Shown piece by piece: positions 1 through 10,226 of a stretch of 25,552 nucleotides of DNA (positions within the stretch are counted from its first letter, which is position 1; every line of letters begins with the position of its first letter). The DNA is taken from IMG/VR virus record IMGVR_UViG_2706794697_000002; one strand, written 5' to 3'. A program made the position numbers and the translations under genes. This DNA is from a virus. Lineage: Duplodnaviria; Heunggongvirae; Uroviricota; Caudoviricetes. The notes below the pieces were generated by a model. That model saw only the letters and a list, made by a program, of their open reading frames with translations, did no database searches and had not been told where the DNA came from.

Positions 1-83
1 AGGGACAGCTGATAGAAACAGAAGCCACTGGAGCACCTCAAAAACACCATCATACACTAAATCAGTAAGTTGGCAGCATCACC
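1..83 (-). mobile_element. insA: IS1 terminal segment (left inverted repeat plus first 9 codons of insA); the element continues beyond the window start
   Basis: Reverse complement of 1..83 reads GGTGATGCTGCCAACTTACTGAT...GTGGCTTCTGTTTCTATCAGCTGTCCCT, which matches the IS1 IRL and the InsA start MASVSISCP as I recall them. The IS1 boundary is at 83/84. Confidence 0.85.
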
Positions 84-402
84 AGCCTTCTTGAGGCTAC
101 CACCTGTTTTCAGGTGTCATTCAGACGTGATTTGCCCCAGATTGGGAAAGCACGCTTTTTTCTCAGCTATCGTCCTCTTATTTTGCCGTTACATTTCTTT
201 TTGCATTCTAATGATTAATTTACAATAATAATATCGGTAATTATTGAGTAATAATAAATTAATTATTGCAAATGTAATTTAATTCCATCTTCGCGTTATA
301 TTCCAATCTTTAATCTCCGCATGGAACAAGTTGCATGCGTGACTATATTAAGACGACTTATAACCACCAAAACATTTGCTTTGCAAGCAAAAACAGTGAC
401 CA

Positions 403-431
403 TTGACTCTAAGAAAATTCCGATCTATTGT
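403..431 (+). promoter_or_regulatory. Putative sigma70-like promoter (-35 TTGACT at 403..408, 17-nt spacer, -10 TATTGT at 426..431)
   Basis: Hexamers and spacing read directly from the sequence. The region is AT-rich, so a chance match is quite possible. Confidence 0.25.
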
Positions 432-465
432 TAGGGTCATCAAAGTTACTTAACAGTATTCCGAA

Positions 466-567
466 ATGAAAATACAAAGCAAGCTAATTGTCTTATTAAA
501 CATTATTATTGCATTTATATTATTTGAGCTTTTAGCTCAAAAATTTGGTTTGAGTACATTATTTTAA
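466..567 (+). CDS. Hypothetical 33-aa hydrophobic peptide (MKIQSKLIVLLNIIIAFILFELLAQKFGLSTLF)
   Basis: Translated by hand; below the ORF-track size cutoff. Basic N-terminus followed by a single predicted transmembrane stretch. No clear Shine-Dalgarno, and AT-rich DNA readily produces such ORFs by chance. Confidence 0.2.
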   Translation: MKIQSKLIVLLNIIIAFILFELLAQKFGLSTLF

Positions 568-717
568 AGCAAGATAAACAATATCGGGCACTCTAGTTTT
601 TATAATTAACAATTAAACGTCCATAAAATGTTATTTACTTTTCTTCGCTATTGTCATATCTTAATATAGTGGCTTACGCCACTCTACTTTCATCACATTT
701 TGTACGTTTATGTACTC

Positions 718-749
718 GCCATGAAGCTCTTTCATGGCGATTTTTTATT
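718..749 (+). terminator. Putative intrinsic terminator (stem GCCATGA / TCATGGC, 7-nt loop, then TTTTTTATT)
   Basis: Hairpin 718..738 followed by a T-run at 741..749 on the plus strand. The orientation fits a rightward transcript from the AT-rich island and not the end of tfa. Confidence 0.45.
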
Positions 750-832
750 CTTAATCCAAGAACATACTCCCTACCTATAGCAAAATCACTTTTTTAACAA
801 AAGAATAACGTATTTAGGTAATCATTACGAAT

Positions 833-1414
833 TTACCCTATAGGTGCTACTGGCCATTCAATATCCGGTGCAGTTGATGTATCAACACGGTTCAGCAACA
901 CCCGATACTTTTTCCAAGCTTCCAGCAACAAGGTTTCTTTCTCCGTTGCGATCTCCAGATCCACAGCATCCTGAAGCGGCGCTATATGCTCACTGGCTAC
1001 CTGCATCAGGCTGTTTTTTGTTTCTTCCGCCTCCCGGATCCGGAACAGTTTTTCTGCTTCCGTATCCTTCACCCAGGCTGTGCCGTTCCACTTCTGAAAC
1101 TCCCCTTCCGGGGATAACCAGGTGACATTTTCCGGTAATGAGCCGAGTTCAGAAATAAATAACGCGTCGCCGGAAGCCACGTCATAAACCGTTTTACCCC
1201 GATGATCTTCAACGAGATGCCACGATGACTCATCACTGTTGAAAACAGCCACGAAACCAGCCGGAATATCTGGCGGTGCAATATCGGTACTGTTTGCAGG
1301 CAGACCTGTATGAGGCGGAATATATGCGTCACCTTCACCAATAAATTCATTAGTTCCGGCCAGCAGGTTATAAATTTTTATGGTCCGTGCTTGTTCACTC
1401 ATTCTGAATGCCAT
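833..1414 (-). CDS. tfa: Tail fibre assembly protein Tfa (193 aa)
   Basis: ORF translation [38 protein letters not shown]... is near-identical to lambda Tfa as recalled. Its start overlaps the stf stop (TAATG). Confidence 0.93.
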   Translation of the reverse strand: MAFRMSEQARTIKIYNLLAGTNEFIGEGDAYIPPHTGLPANSTDIAPPDIPAGFVAVFNSDESSWHLVEDHRGKTVYDVASGDALFISELGSLPENVTWLSPEGEFQKWNGTAWVKDTEAEKLFRIREAEETKNSLMQVASEHIAPLQDAVDLEIATEKETLLLEAWKKYRVLLNRVDTSTAPDIEWPVAPIG

Positions 1415-4400
1415 TATGCGAGCCTCACAATATAGTTAAATGCGATGTTTTTGACGGTGTTTTCCGCGTTACCAGCAGCGTTAACGGTGATGGTGTGTCC
1501 ATGTGAACCAATCGCAACAGAGTGCGTATGAGCACCAATACCGACAGTATGCGCGTGTGCACCCGCAGATGCTGCTGTGCCGGACAGTGAGTGTGTATGG
1601 TTTCCTTCTGAAGATGATTTACCTACCCATTGGGAGGTGCCACTGGTTAATGAGCCACTGATACCAACCTGATTAGTCCCGCTAACTTGAGTACTCCCTG
1701 CCGGAAACATTCCAGTAGGTTGACTCCCGCTATTCGTTCTGGGCCCAGTCTGACTATGTTGGTGGGCCCCAGCTGAACTTGTAGAGCCGCTCAGACTGTG
1801 CGTATGCGCCCCGGTGTTATTCGTGGATTTAGTGCCGTAATCAAACGACGATGTGGTTTTCGTCCCCAAATCCGTACTGGATGCGCTGGCGCTGTGGGTG
1901 TGCGATTTAATGCCATCCTGTTCCTGAGACAATACGGCACGACCACTGGCGGGCTTGCCCTTAATCGTCCAGCCACGCATATCAGGGATCACGCCTGACG
2001 GATAAGCGGCTGCAAGTTTCGGGTAAGCAGATTTGTCAAAAGTCTGCCCCTGCATCAGGGCATAACCAGACGGAACGGTATCTGATGGCCACGGGATTGG
2101 TGCACCGACTGGATAAAACTCTGCAGGAGGATGAGCCGAGGTGTAAAGCTGCGCCCACGGCGACCAGTTTGCGTCGGTCGTATCCCGTCGTGAACGAATA
2201 AATGCCGGAGCATGAGCACCGCTTGTACCACTCCAGCCGATGAGTAACTCACCTTCGCCAACGGCTGTCATCCCTTTCAGGTGAATGATATTTCCATACG
2301 CTGTTGGATATCCGTTGTTATACACCTCGTATAACTCAAGACCTGCTGCCCCCTGCGTATTGTCTGTCAGCGCGGCTACCCGACCTTTTGAAGCCAGATT
2401 AACTGATGATACTGCTGTTCCACCTGACGGTAGCGCCCCGATCTCTGATGCCGTTGGCTTATTTCTGGAGTTATAGTCCCTTCGCCAGCCAGGTGAATAA
2501 TCTGTTCCGTGATTAATATAGGTAAACTGGGCGTTGGTTGTTCCGCCACCGCTGGATGTGGTCGGAGTGGTAATGCGGATCGTCATCGCTGACTTTATCC
2601 CCATTACTTCAATGACAGCTCCGGCGAGATGAATATTACCGCAGCCAGTATCAGTAATGATTTTATTATTGCCATAAGACCAGGAACCCTTGCACATCCA
2701 GTATGGATGGTTAAATGCTCCCTGAGAATCCAGCCACTCGATAAACTGTGCAGTCGTCCAGTTTCCTGTTGTTGTGCTTACTGACCCACCGAAGGCACGG
2801 CAGGCACCAATATTTTTCGTAAAGGTGTCTTTGCCAGGGATATCCGCACCGTTCTGATCTTTCTGCAGACGTTTCTCAGCATTGTCATTGGCTGCTTTTA
2901 CTGCCTTTGGCGTTGCCGCCAGCGTTTCAGACGTGCTGTTGGTCGCGCTGCTTAGCTGGATTATCCCTTTCTGTGCTGTCGTTGCATCCTGTGCGGTGTA
3001 TTTCCCGTTAGCCAGGTCATACGCGGCCTTAACGGCTTTTGGTGTTGCCGCCAGTGACTCGGAAGTGCTGTTAGTCGCACTACTGAGCTGTACTATCCCC
3101 TTTTTCGTCGTGCTCGCATCCTCAAGCGCCACGGCGGATGCAATATCCTCTGCCCGTTTTGCCGCTGTCTCAGCGCGCGTTGCTGCAGATTCCGCCGTAC
3201 TTTTGCTCTGAGCTGCTGCCGTCGCACTACCAGCAGCCTCTGTCGCCTTCGNNNNNNNNNNNNNNNNNNNNNNNNNNNNNNNNNNNNNNNNNNNNNNNNN
3301 NNNNNNNNNNNNNNNNNNNNNNNNNNNNNNNNNNNNNNNNNNNNNNNNNNNNNNNNNNNNNNNNNNNNNNNNNNNNNNNNNNNNNNNNNNNNNNNNNNNN
3401 NNNNNNNNNNNNNNNNNNNNNNNNNNNNNNNNNNNNNNNNNNNNNNNNNNNNNNNNNNNNNNNNNNNNNNNNNNNNNNNNNNNNNNNNNNNNNNNNNNNN
3501 NNNNNNNNNNNNNNNNNNNNATGCGGCGCTTTCTGCCGATTTTCCGGCGGCGGTGGCACTGGCTGAGGCCTGCCCGGCACTTGTTGACGCGGCGCTGGCA
3601 GACGACGCAGCCGCTGTTTTTGAGCCTGCCGCAGCTGAGGCACTCTGTCCCGCTGCCGTTTCAGAAGACCTGGCGTTCGTCTCGGACGTTTTGGCCGCCT
3701 TCGCAGAATTTGCAGCCGCCGTCGCCGAGGAAGCTGCGCTACTGGCGCTTGATGATGCGTTCGTTTCTGATGATTTTGCCGCCTCTTTTGAAGCCGACGC
3801 ATCCCGGGCTGAGGTGGCAGCTTCTGACGCTTTCGTGGTCGCGGTGGATGCAGAAGTGGCTGCTGATTGTTGTGACGCTGCCGCATTCGTTTCTAACGTT
3901 TTCGCCGCACCGGCACTGGTAGCCGCCGCGCTTTTTGAGGACTCTGCAGCGGCAGCACTTTTTGAGGCTTCAGTGGCCTTTGTTGATGCCGTTCCTGCGC
4001 TGGAAGACGCTGACTGAGCCGACGAAGCGGCCTGTCCGGCTGACGTGCTGGCTGCACGTGCTGAATCTGCAGCATCAGTCGCATGGGTTGCCGCCTCACG
4101 GGCTGATGTGCTGGCATCGCTGGCTGATTTCTTCGCGGCTGCCGTGTTCTGTGCCACCGCGGACGCGTTACGCGCCACCTCTTCCACCATCAGCTCAAAA
4201 CGGCGCAGTGCCTCCGGACGGGCATCATCCTCCGTCATGGCACCGAGAAAATCATTCAGCGTACCGGGTCGGGAATCTTCATACACGGTGATGGTCCCGG
4301 CATGTGACGGCGGGAATCCTTCCACCAACAGAATAACGCTGTACTGACCGTACTCAACGTCCATGCTGTAACGCCCGGCTTCATCCGGATTTTCTGAGGC

Positions 4401-4514
4401 CAGCGTGTTCACCACCACCGTGGTGCTGTTACGTTTTGCTTTCAGCTGGATTGTGCAGTTCTGTACCGGTTTTCCTGTGCCGTCTTTCAGTACACCTGAA
4501 ATCTTTACTGCCAT
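1414..4514 (-). CDS. stf: Side tail fibre Stf, apparently one continuous gene interrupted by the N-run
   Basis: N-terminus [26 protein letters not shown]... follows a GGGGTG ribosome-binding site, with ATG at 4514..4512. The track's 572-aa ORF frame stays open upstream of 3132 all the way to the gap edge at 3251. The C-terminal part matches lambda Stf (SAYPKLA...[11 protein letters not shown]). The Arg-rich tail of track ORF 3093..4520 is a frame artefact of the N-run. Confidence 0.85.
3252..3520. other. Run of 269 N (assembly gap or masked sequence) inside the stf Ala/Ser/Thr-rich repeat region
   Basis: Literal n characters in the sequence. Confidence 1.
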
Positions 4515-4523
4515 ATTCACCCC

Positions 4524-4552
4524 ACAAAAAAGCCCGCCTGAACCGGCGGGCT
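4524..4552 (-). terminator. Intrinsic terminator between lom and stf (stem AGCCCGCC / GGCGGGCT, then U-run on the minus-strand transcript)
   Basis: Hairpin at 4531..4552 with an A-run on the plus strand at 4526..4530; read on the minus strand this is hairpin followed by TTTTTTGT. Confidence 0.6.
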
Positions 4553-4577
4553 GTCATAACACTGTGTTACCTGGCTA

Positions 4578-5034
4578 ATCAGAATTTATAACCGACACCC
4601 ACGATGAAACCGTCAGTGCGCCAGAGACGTGTTGCTGTGGCGACCGTCATCACTTCCGGTCAGCACATCGTGCGTTTTCCCCTTATTGTCAGTTACGCGG
4701 ATATAATCCCCGGAAAAAGTCGACACACGGCTGTAAGCCACACCCGCCATCGCATACGCGCTGAACCATTCATTCACGCGCACAGACTGTAACGGGTCAG
4801 CTGGCGATTCTTGTCTCCTGCATAGCTGAATGACGTCACCAGCCCCAGCGTATCCGTAAACTCATAACGGTATTTCACGTTAATCCCGTTCAGATCATCA
4901 CTGCCGGGAACGTTGGTCCGGGCATGAAGATACCCCGCGCTCAGCGTGGACTGATGTTCAGACGCCCATGCAGGCGCACCGGATACGGCCAGGCAAATGG
5001 CTGCGGACAAAATGGCTGCACAAACTTTACGCAT
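4578..5034 (-). pseudogene. lom: lom outer-membrane protein pseudogene, broken by two frame-shifting internal deletions
   Basis: Frame 1 gives MRKVCAAILSAAICLAVSGAPAWASEHQ...QLTRYS then stops. A second frame gives VNEWFSAYAMAGVAYSRVSTFSGDY...SLA. A third gives TDGFIVGVGYKF-stop. All three match successive parts of lambda Lom, so roughly 160 bp are missing relative to lambda in two pieces. Confidence 0.75.
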
Positions 5035-5055
5035 AATTACCTCTCGCTTTTCTGC

Positions 5056-5082
5056 AATAAAAAAGGCGTCATTCCTGACGCC
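5056..5082 (-). terminator. Putative intrinsic terminator downstream of J (stem GGCGTCA / TGACGCC, loop TTCC, then U-run on the minus-strand transcript)
   Basis: Hairpin 5065..5082 preceded on the plus strand by AATAAAAAA at 5056..5064. Confidence 0.5.
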
Positions 5083-5104
5083 ATTTATTGGGGTTATAAA
5101 TATT

Positions 5105-8100
5105 TCAACGAATACTGATGCCGGAAGCCGCTTTTTTGGTCACAATCACCGTACAGTCGGTGATATTGCCTGCCCCCTGATTGCCTTTCTGGAAAATCTT
5201 AAACTCCAGAGTGACGCTACCACCACCACTAGGCATATCAATAACTGCACTGTAACTACCGGGAATGGCCCCTTTAGTTTCTCTGGATGCGATTAATACG
5301 CCGTTTTTGCGAACTTCAAAACCATAACCCGTGTATCGCGTGCCTCCTGGGTTATTTCCGCTCCCCGGATCGTCATACGCTATACCGTTAAAAATAATGG
5401 GCGGAATAATAATCTGGCGGTCAAAGTTATGATCATCGCTTATGGTGACTGTAACCGTCCCGTTTGGTGTTTCCGTGTTACCCCACGTACCAGCCTGTTT
5501 CGGAAATGATTTGGATACAGCTTTAACGAAGTCACCTCTGACCTGAGTCGCCTCCAGCATGCCCTTAATCGTACAGTTTTCATTTACCGTGACATTGTTG
5601 AGCGTCCCGGCGTTCGCATTCACACTGCCACTGATATCCGCATTTTTAGCGGTCAGCTTTCCGTCCGGAGTCAGGGAAAATGCCGATGGATTTCCACCGC
5701 TGGTAATGGTGGGGGCCGTCAGGCGTTTCAGGAACACGTCGTTCATGAATATCTGATCGCCCTGACCAACAAACATCGGTTTTGTGTTGCCATTCGCAGG
5801 ATTAACCATCGCAATCCTGTCCGCCGCCAGCAGCACCTGACTCTGCATGCCGTCAGGGGTGTTCTCAATACCGGCACCAATACCCGCGATATAAAGGCGT
5901 CCGTCCTGCATCTGCTGCAGCTTCACAGCCCACATGCTGTTCAGGTTATTATTTGTATCAACCTGAACCTTCTGTATCTGCTGAATTGCCGCACTCTGGT
6001 CTTCCAGTTTCTTATTGACGGTCTGCGTGATTTCATTGCTGACATCCGTAATGGACGTCCTGATTTCAGCCAGGTCAGGCGCAAGCTGACCGTTATCAAT
6101 CTGCGTCCACAGCTCCTGAGCCAGATGGGTTTTCCCTATCTCGCCTTTGAAAAAATCCAGATAACCGGATGCATCATCACTCGGCTGACCAACAGCCTCC
6201 ACGAATGCCGATTTGCCAACGGTGTTCACACTGCGGATATAAAAGTAATAATCATGGCCCGGTTTGATATTGATACTGGCGGCTATCCAGTACAGCGCCG
6301 TGCCAAGATAGCGTGCTGTGGTTTCAACCTGCCTGATATCCGCAATCCGCTTTTCCGAGAACCAGAACTCAAACTGTACCGTCGGATCATAAACCGCAAG
6401 ATGCGGCGTGGCGGTTATCTGAAAATAGCCCGGCGTCAGCTCAATCCGCGACAGCGCTGCCGGTGCGGCAATCCGGAACGATACCGACGCCGGATCGCCC
6501 TGCTGCCCCCACGCATTTACTGCCCGGACTGTCAGCCTGTAGTTCCCCAGCGCCAGTTGTGTGAAGCGGTAAGTGGTTTCCGTCGTCCGGGCCGTGCTGA
6601 CCAGCCGCTCACTGCCGTCATCCGCTGTTACGGTCAGACGGAGCAGGAAGCTCACGCCCTTCACCACCTTCGGCGTGTCCCAGCGCGCCAGCACCTGATA
6701 TTCCCCGCTGTCTGCGGTGACTTCGGCAGTCAGGTGCTGCACCGCTGGCGGCGTGACACCATTCACCGTGCCGCTCTGGTCGCCGTCAAAGTGCGCCCCG
6801 TTATCCACGATGGCTTCTTTTTCCGGCACATGCTGCACGGCGGTGATGGCATACGTGCCGTCGTCGTTCTCACGGATACTCACGCAGCGGAACAATCGCT
6901 GGTGCAGCGTCGGCAGCTTCAGCCCCCACACGCTGTATTCAGCAACACCGTCAGGAACACGGCTCACTTTTACCTTCACGCCGTCGGTGACGGACTGGAC
7001 CTCCACGCTGACCGGATTCCCCTGCCCGTCAACCAGGCTTATCAGCGTGGTGCCGGAGGATGGCAGCGTGATTTCACGGTCGAGCGTCAGCGTCCGGGTC
7101 TGGCTGTTCACCGCCAGCACGCGCCCGCCGGTGCGGATACCGGCATAGTCATCATCGCAGATTTCAATGACATCGCCCGGTACATGACGAAGCCCTTCAG
7201 CACCCACGCTGAAATCCACGGTCTGCGTCTCCAGCAGTTCCGTTTTAATCAGCCACAGCCCGGCGCGGTGTGCCTGCCCCCGGCTGGTACAGCCAAAGGC
7301 ATCCATCTTCGTGACGTTACGACCGTAACGGACAATGGCCTGCGTATCCTCCACAAGCTCTGTCGCCGTCTCCCAGCCGTTATCCGGGTCAATCCAGTTC
7401 ACCTCAACGGCATTATGGCGGTCTTTCAGGGCGCTGAAACTGTAGCGGAACGGCGCGCCATCATCCGGCATCACCACATTACTGNNNNNNNNNNNNNNNN
7501 NNNNNNNNNNNNNNNNNNNNNNNNNNNNNNNNNNNNNNNNNNNNNNNNNNNNNNNNNNNNNNNNNNNNNNNNNNNNNNNNNNNNNNNNNNNNNNNNNNNN
7601 NNNNNNNNNNNNNNNNNNNNNNNNNNNNNNNNNNNNNNNNNNNNNNNNNNNNNNNNNNNNNNNNNNNNNNNNNNNNNNNNNNNNNNNNNNNNNNNNNNNN
7701 NCCATTTGTCCACATCCGCCGCACCAAGACGTTTCCCCATGCCATAGCGCGGATGGGTCAGCATATCCCACAGACACCAGGCCATGTTGTTGCTGTATGC
7801 CGGTTTTAACGTTCCGTCCCAGATACCGCTGTATTGCCGCGTCTGCGGATTATAGTTCGACGGCACCTGCAGAATGCGCCCGCGAAGATGATAATTACGG
7901 CTCACCTGCTGGCTGCCGAACTGCTCCGAATCCACCTGTACGCCGACCAGTGCCGTGTTCGGGTAGCACTGTTTCACATCGATGATTTCGGTGTATGACG
8001 ACCAGAGCGTTTTGTTCTGCAGCTGGTCTGTGGTGCTGTCCGGCGTCATTCTGCGCATCCGGATATTAAACGGGCGCGGCGGCAGGTTATCCACCACCAC

Positions 8101-8598
8101 CGAGGCCAGATACTGCGAGGTGGTTTTGCCCTTAATGGTGATGTCTTTTTCCGTCACCCAGCCACCGTTACGCTGTATCTGAACCAGCAGGCGAACTTCA
8201 GACGGATTCCTGTCTCCCTTTGAGGTGGTTTCCACCAGTGCCTGTACACCGAAGGTAAAACGCAGTCGGTCAATGTTTGCCGACGTGATGGTCCGGGTGA
8301 TCGGCGTGTCATATTTCACTTCCGTACCCAGCACCGTCTCGGAGCCGGAGGATTCAAATCCCTCCGGCGGTGACTGCTCCTGCTCACCTGCCCGGAACAC
8401 CACCGTGACGCCGGAGATGTTGGTATTCCCCTCACTGTCCAGCACCGGCGTACTGTTCAGCAGCACGCTTTTTAATCCATCCACCGGACCTTCAACCGGC
8501 CCTTCGCTGATGGCATCGATCACACTCAGCAGCTGCGTGGACTTCAGGTTGTCCTTCGCTTCGCGCGGGGTATGCCCCTTACTGCTGCCTTTACCCAT
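5105..8598 (-). CDS. J: Tail tip / host-specificity protein J, interrupted by an N-run
   Basis: Track ORFs 7471..8598 (N-terminal part) and 5105..7777 (C-terminal part) lie either side of the N-run. Position after I and before lom matches lambda J, and the end ...[32 protein letters not shown] is J-like. Confidence 0.88.
7485..7701. other. Run of 217 N inside J
   Basis: Literal n characters. Confidence 1.
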
Positions 8599-8658
8599 TC
8601 GTCATGCTCCATAAACGATAAAACCGCCCGGAGGCGATTTCACATAAAACATTTTGCA

Positions 8659-9330
8659 TCAGCGACCAATCACCACAACCTGACCACCGTCCCCTTCGTC
8701 TGCCGTGCTGATCTCCTGAGATACCACACGTGACCCCACGCGCATTTCACCATACAGAACAGGCATAACATTGCCCTGGGCAACCATGTTATCCAGTGAG
8801 GAGAAATAGGTGTTCTGCTTACCGTTATCCGTTGTCTGTGTGCGGGGAGTTCTGGCTTTCGGTGCCAGCATCTGAGCCACACCGCCGAGCACCATACTGG
8901 CACCGAGAGAAAACAGAATGCCGGTCATACCACCGGCACCAATGGCAGCCCCCCATGCTGCAAGGGTGGCTCCGGCGGTAAAGAATGATCCGGCAATGGC
9001 GGCTGCTCCCAGGACAATCTGGAATACACCACCTGACTTGGCCCCGGCGACTCTGGGAACAATATGAATCACAGCGCCGTCAGGCAGAGCCTCATGTAAC
9101 TGTGCCGTTAATCCGGACGTGCTAACATCCTGCCCGGCAATACGCACCTGATACCAGCCGTCGCTCAGCTTCTGACGAAACGCAGGGAGCTGTGTGGCCA
9201 TCGCCCGGATGGCTTCGGCACCCGTTTTCACACGAAGGTCGATGCGGCGGCCAAATCGCTGCAAATCCCCGTAAAGGCAGATGCGTGCCATGCCCGGTGA
9301 CGCCAGAGGGAGTGTGTGCGTCGCTGCCAT
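8659..9330 (-). CDS. I: Tail tip assembly protein I (223 aa)
   Basis: Same length and gene order as lambda I; overlaps the 3' end of K by 103 nt. Confidence 0.92.
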   Translation of the reverse strand: MAATHTLPLASPGMARICLYGDLQRFGRRIDLRVKTGAEAIRAMATQLPAFRQKLSDGWYQVRIAGQDVSTSGLTAQLHEALPDGAVIHIVPRVAGAKSGGVFQIVLGAAAIAGSFFTAGATLAAWGAAIGAGGMTGILFSLGASMVLGGVAQMLAPKARTPRTQTTDNGKQNTYFSSLDNMVAQGNVMPVLYGEMRVGSRVVSQEISTADEGDGGQVVVIGR

Positions 9331-10221
9331 TTGTCGGTATACCTCTCTCGTTTGCTCAGTTGTTCAGGAATATGGTGCAGCAGCTCGCCGTCACCACAGT
9401 AAATGGCGGCATGATTCGGCACCGATGAACCAAAACAGCACAGCAGCACATCGCCCGGCTGCGCCGCTGACAACGGCACCTGATACAGCCCTGTGGCCTC
9501 CAGATTATCCAGATAGAGATTCTGACCGTGACGCCACCAGTCATCCTCACGATGAAAATCCGGCATCTCAATCCCCGCCAGATGNNNNNNNNNNNNNNNN
9601 NNNNNNNNNNNNNNNNNNNNNNNNNNNNNNNNNNNNNNNNNNNNNNNNNNNNNNNNNNNNNNNNNNNNNNNNNNNNNNNNNNNNNNNNNNNNNNNNNNNN
9701 NNNNNNNNNNNNNNNNNNNNNNNNNNNNNNNNNNNNNNNNNNNNNNNNNNNNNNNNNNNNNNNNNNNNNNNNNNNNNNNNNNNNNNNNNNNNNNNNNNNN
9801 NNNNNNNNNNNNNNNNNNNNNNNNNNNNNNNNNNNNNNNNNNNNNNNNNNNNNNNNNNNNNNNNCGTCACCCCGTGCTCAAAGCGCCGCCCGGTAAGATG
9901 TGGCACACAGCGGAACTTGTGAATCGCCCCCCGGCAGACCAGCCACCACGGCAAATCACTCTGCACCTGCAGCCGCCGGTCGGCCTCACTCAGCCAGGGC
10001 AGACCACCGGGGTGGCTGTGGACCAGTGCCACAATCTCACCCTGCATCTCTGCCTGCAGCCAGTCTTCCGGCGACATACGGAAATACGCCTCCGGCTCAC
10101 CGGAGATATTCACGCAGGGGAAATATCTTTCCCCCTCCGGCGTTCTTACCACGAAGCCGCACGACTCCGCTGGAGCACATCGCCGGGCGTGCGCCAGAAT
10201 CGCTGATTCTGTCTCTGTCAT
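9228..10221 (-). CDS. K: Tail tip assembly protein K (JAMM/MPN-like N-terminal domain plus NlpC/P60-like C-terminal domain), interrupted by an N-run
   Basis: N-terminal part MTETESAILAHARRC... carries a JAMM-type motif HSHPGGLPWLSEAD. The C-terminal part (track ORF 9228..9566) has the NlpC/P60-like Cys/His context GDVLLCCFGSSVPNHAAIYCGDGELLHHI. The reading frame across the N-run cannot be verified. Confidence 0.82.
9585..9864. other. Run of 280 N inside K
   Basis: Literal n characters. Confidence 1.
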
Positions 10222-10226
10222 GGGAT

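Noticed and set aside
321-434. 37-aa plus-strand ORF (MEQVACVTILRRLITTKTFALQAKTVTIDSKKIPIYC) in the AT-rich island
   Set aside because: No ribosome-binding site, no recognisable motif, and it overlaps the palindrome and promoter-like element; most likely chance.
739-754. GATTTTTTATTCTTAA, resembling the lambda att core GCTTTTTTATACTAA
   Set aside because: It is only an approximate match (two substitutions and one extra base), it coincides with the T-run of the putative terminator, and no int gene or flanking arm sequence is available to support an att site.
3227-4017. Arg-rich and Ala-rich ORFs (219, 133 and 154 aa) overlapping the stf repeat region and N-run
   Set aside because: These are alternative frames of the low-complexity stf shaft, and two of them run through N characters. 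The Arg-rich C-terminus of track ORF 3093..4520 is likewise a frame artefact.
6125-7747. 540-aa plus-strand ORF antisense to J
   Set aside because: It lies entirely inside J on the opposite strand, runs through the N-run, and has an Arg/Pro-rich composition typical of a spurious antisense frame in GC-rich coding DNA.
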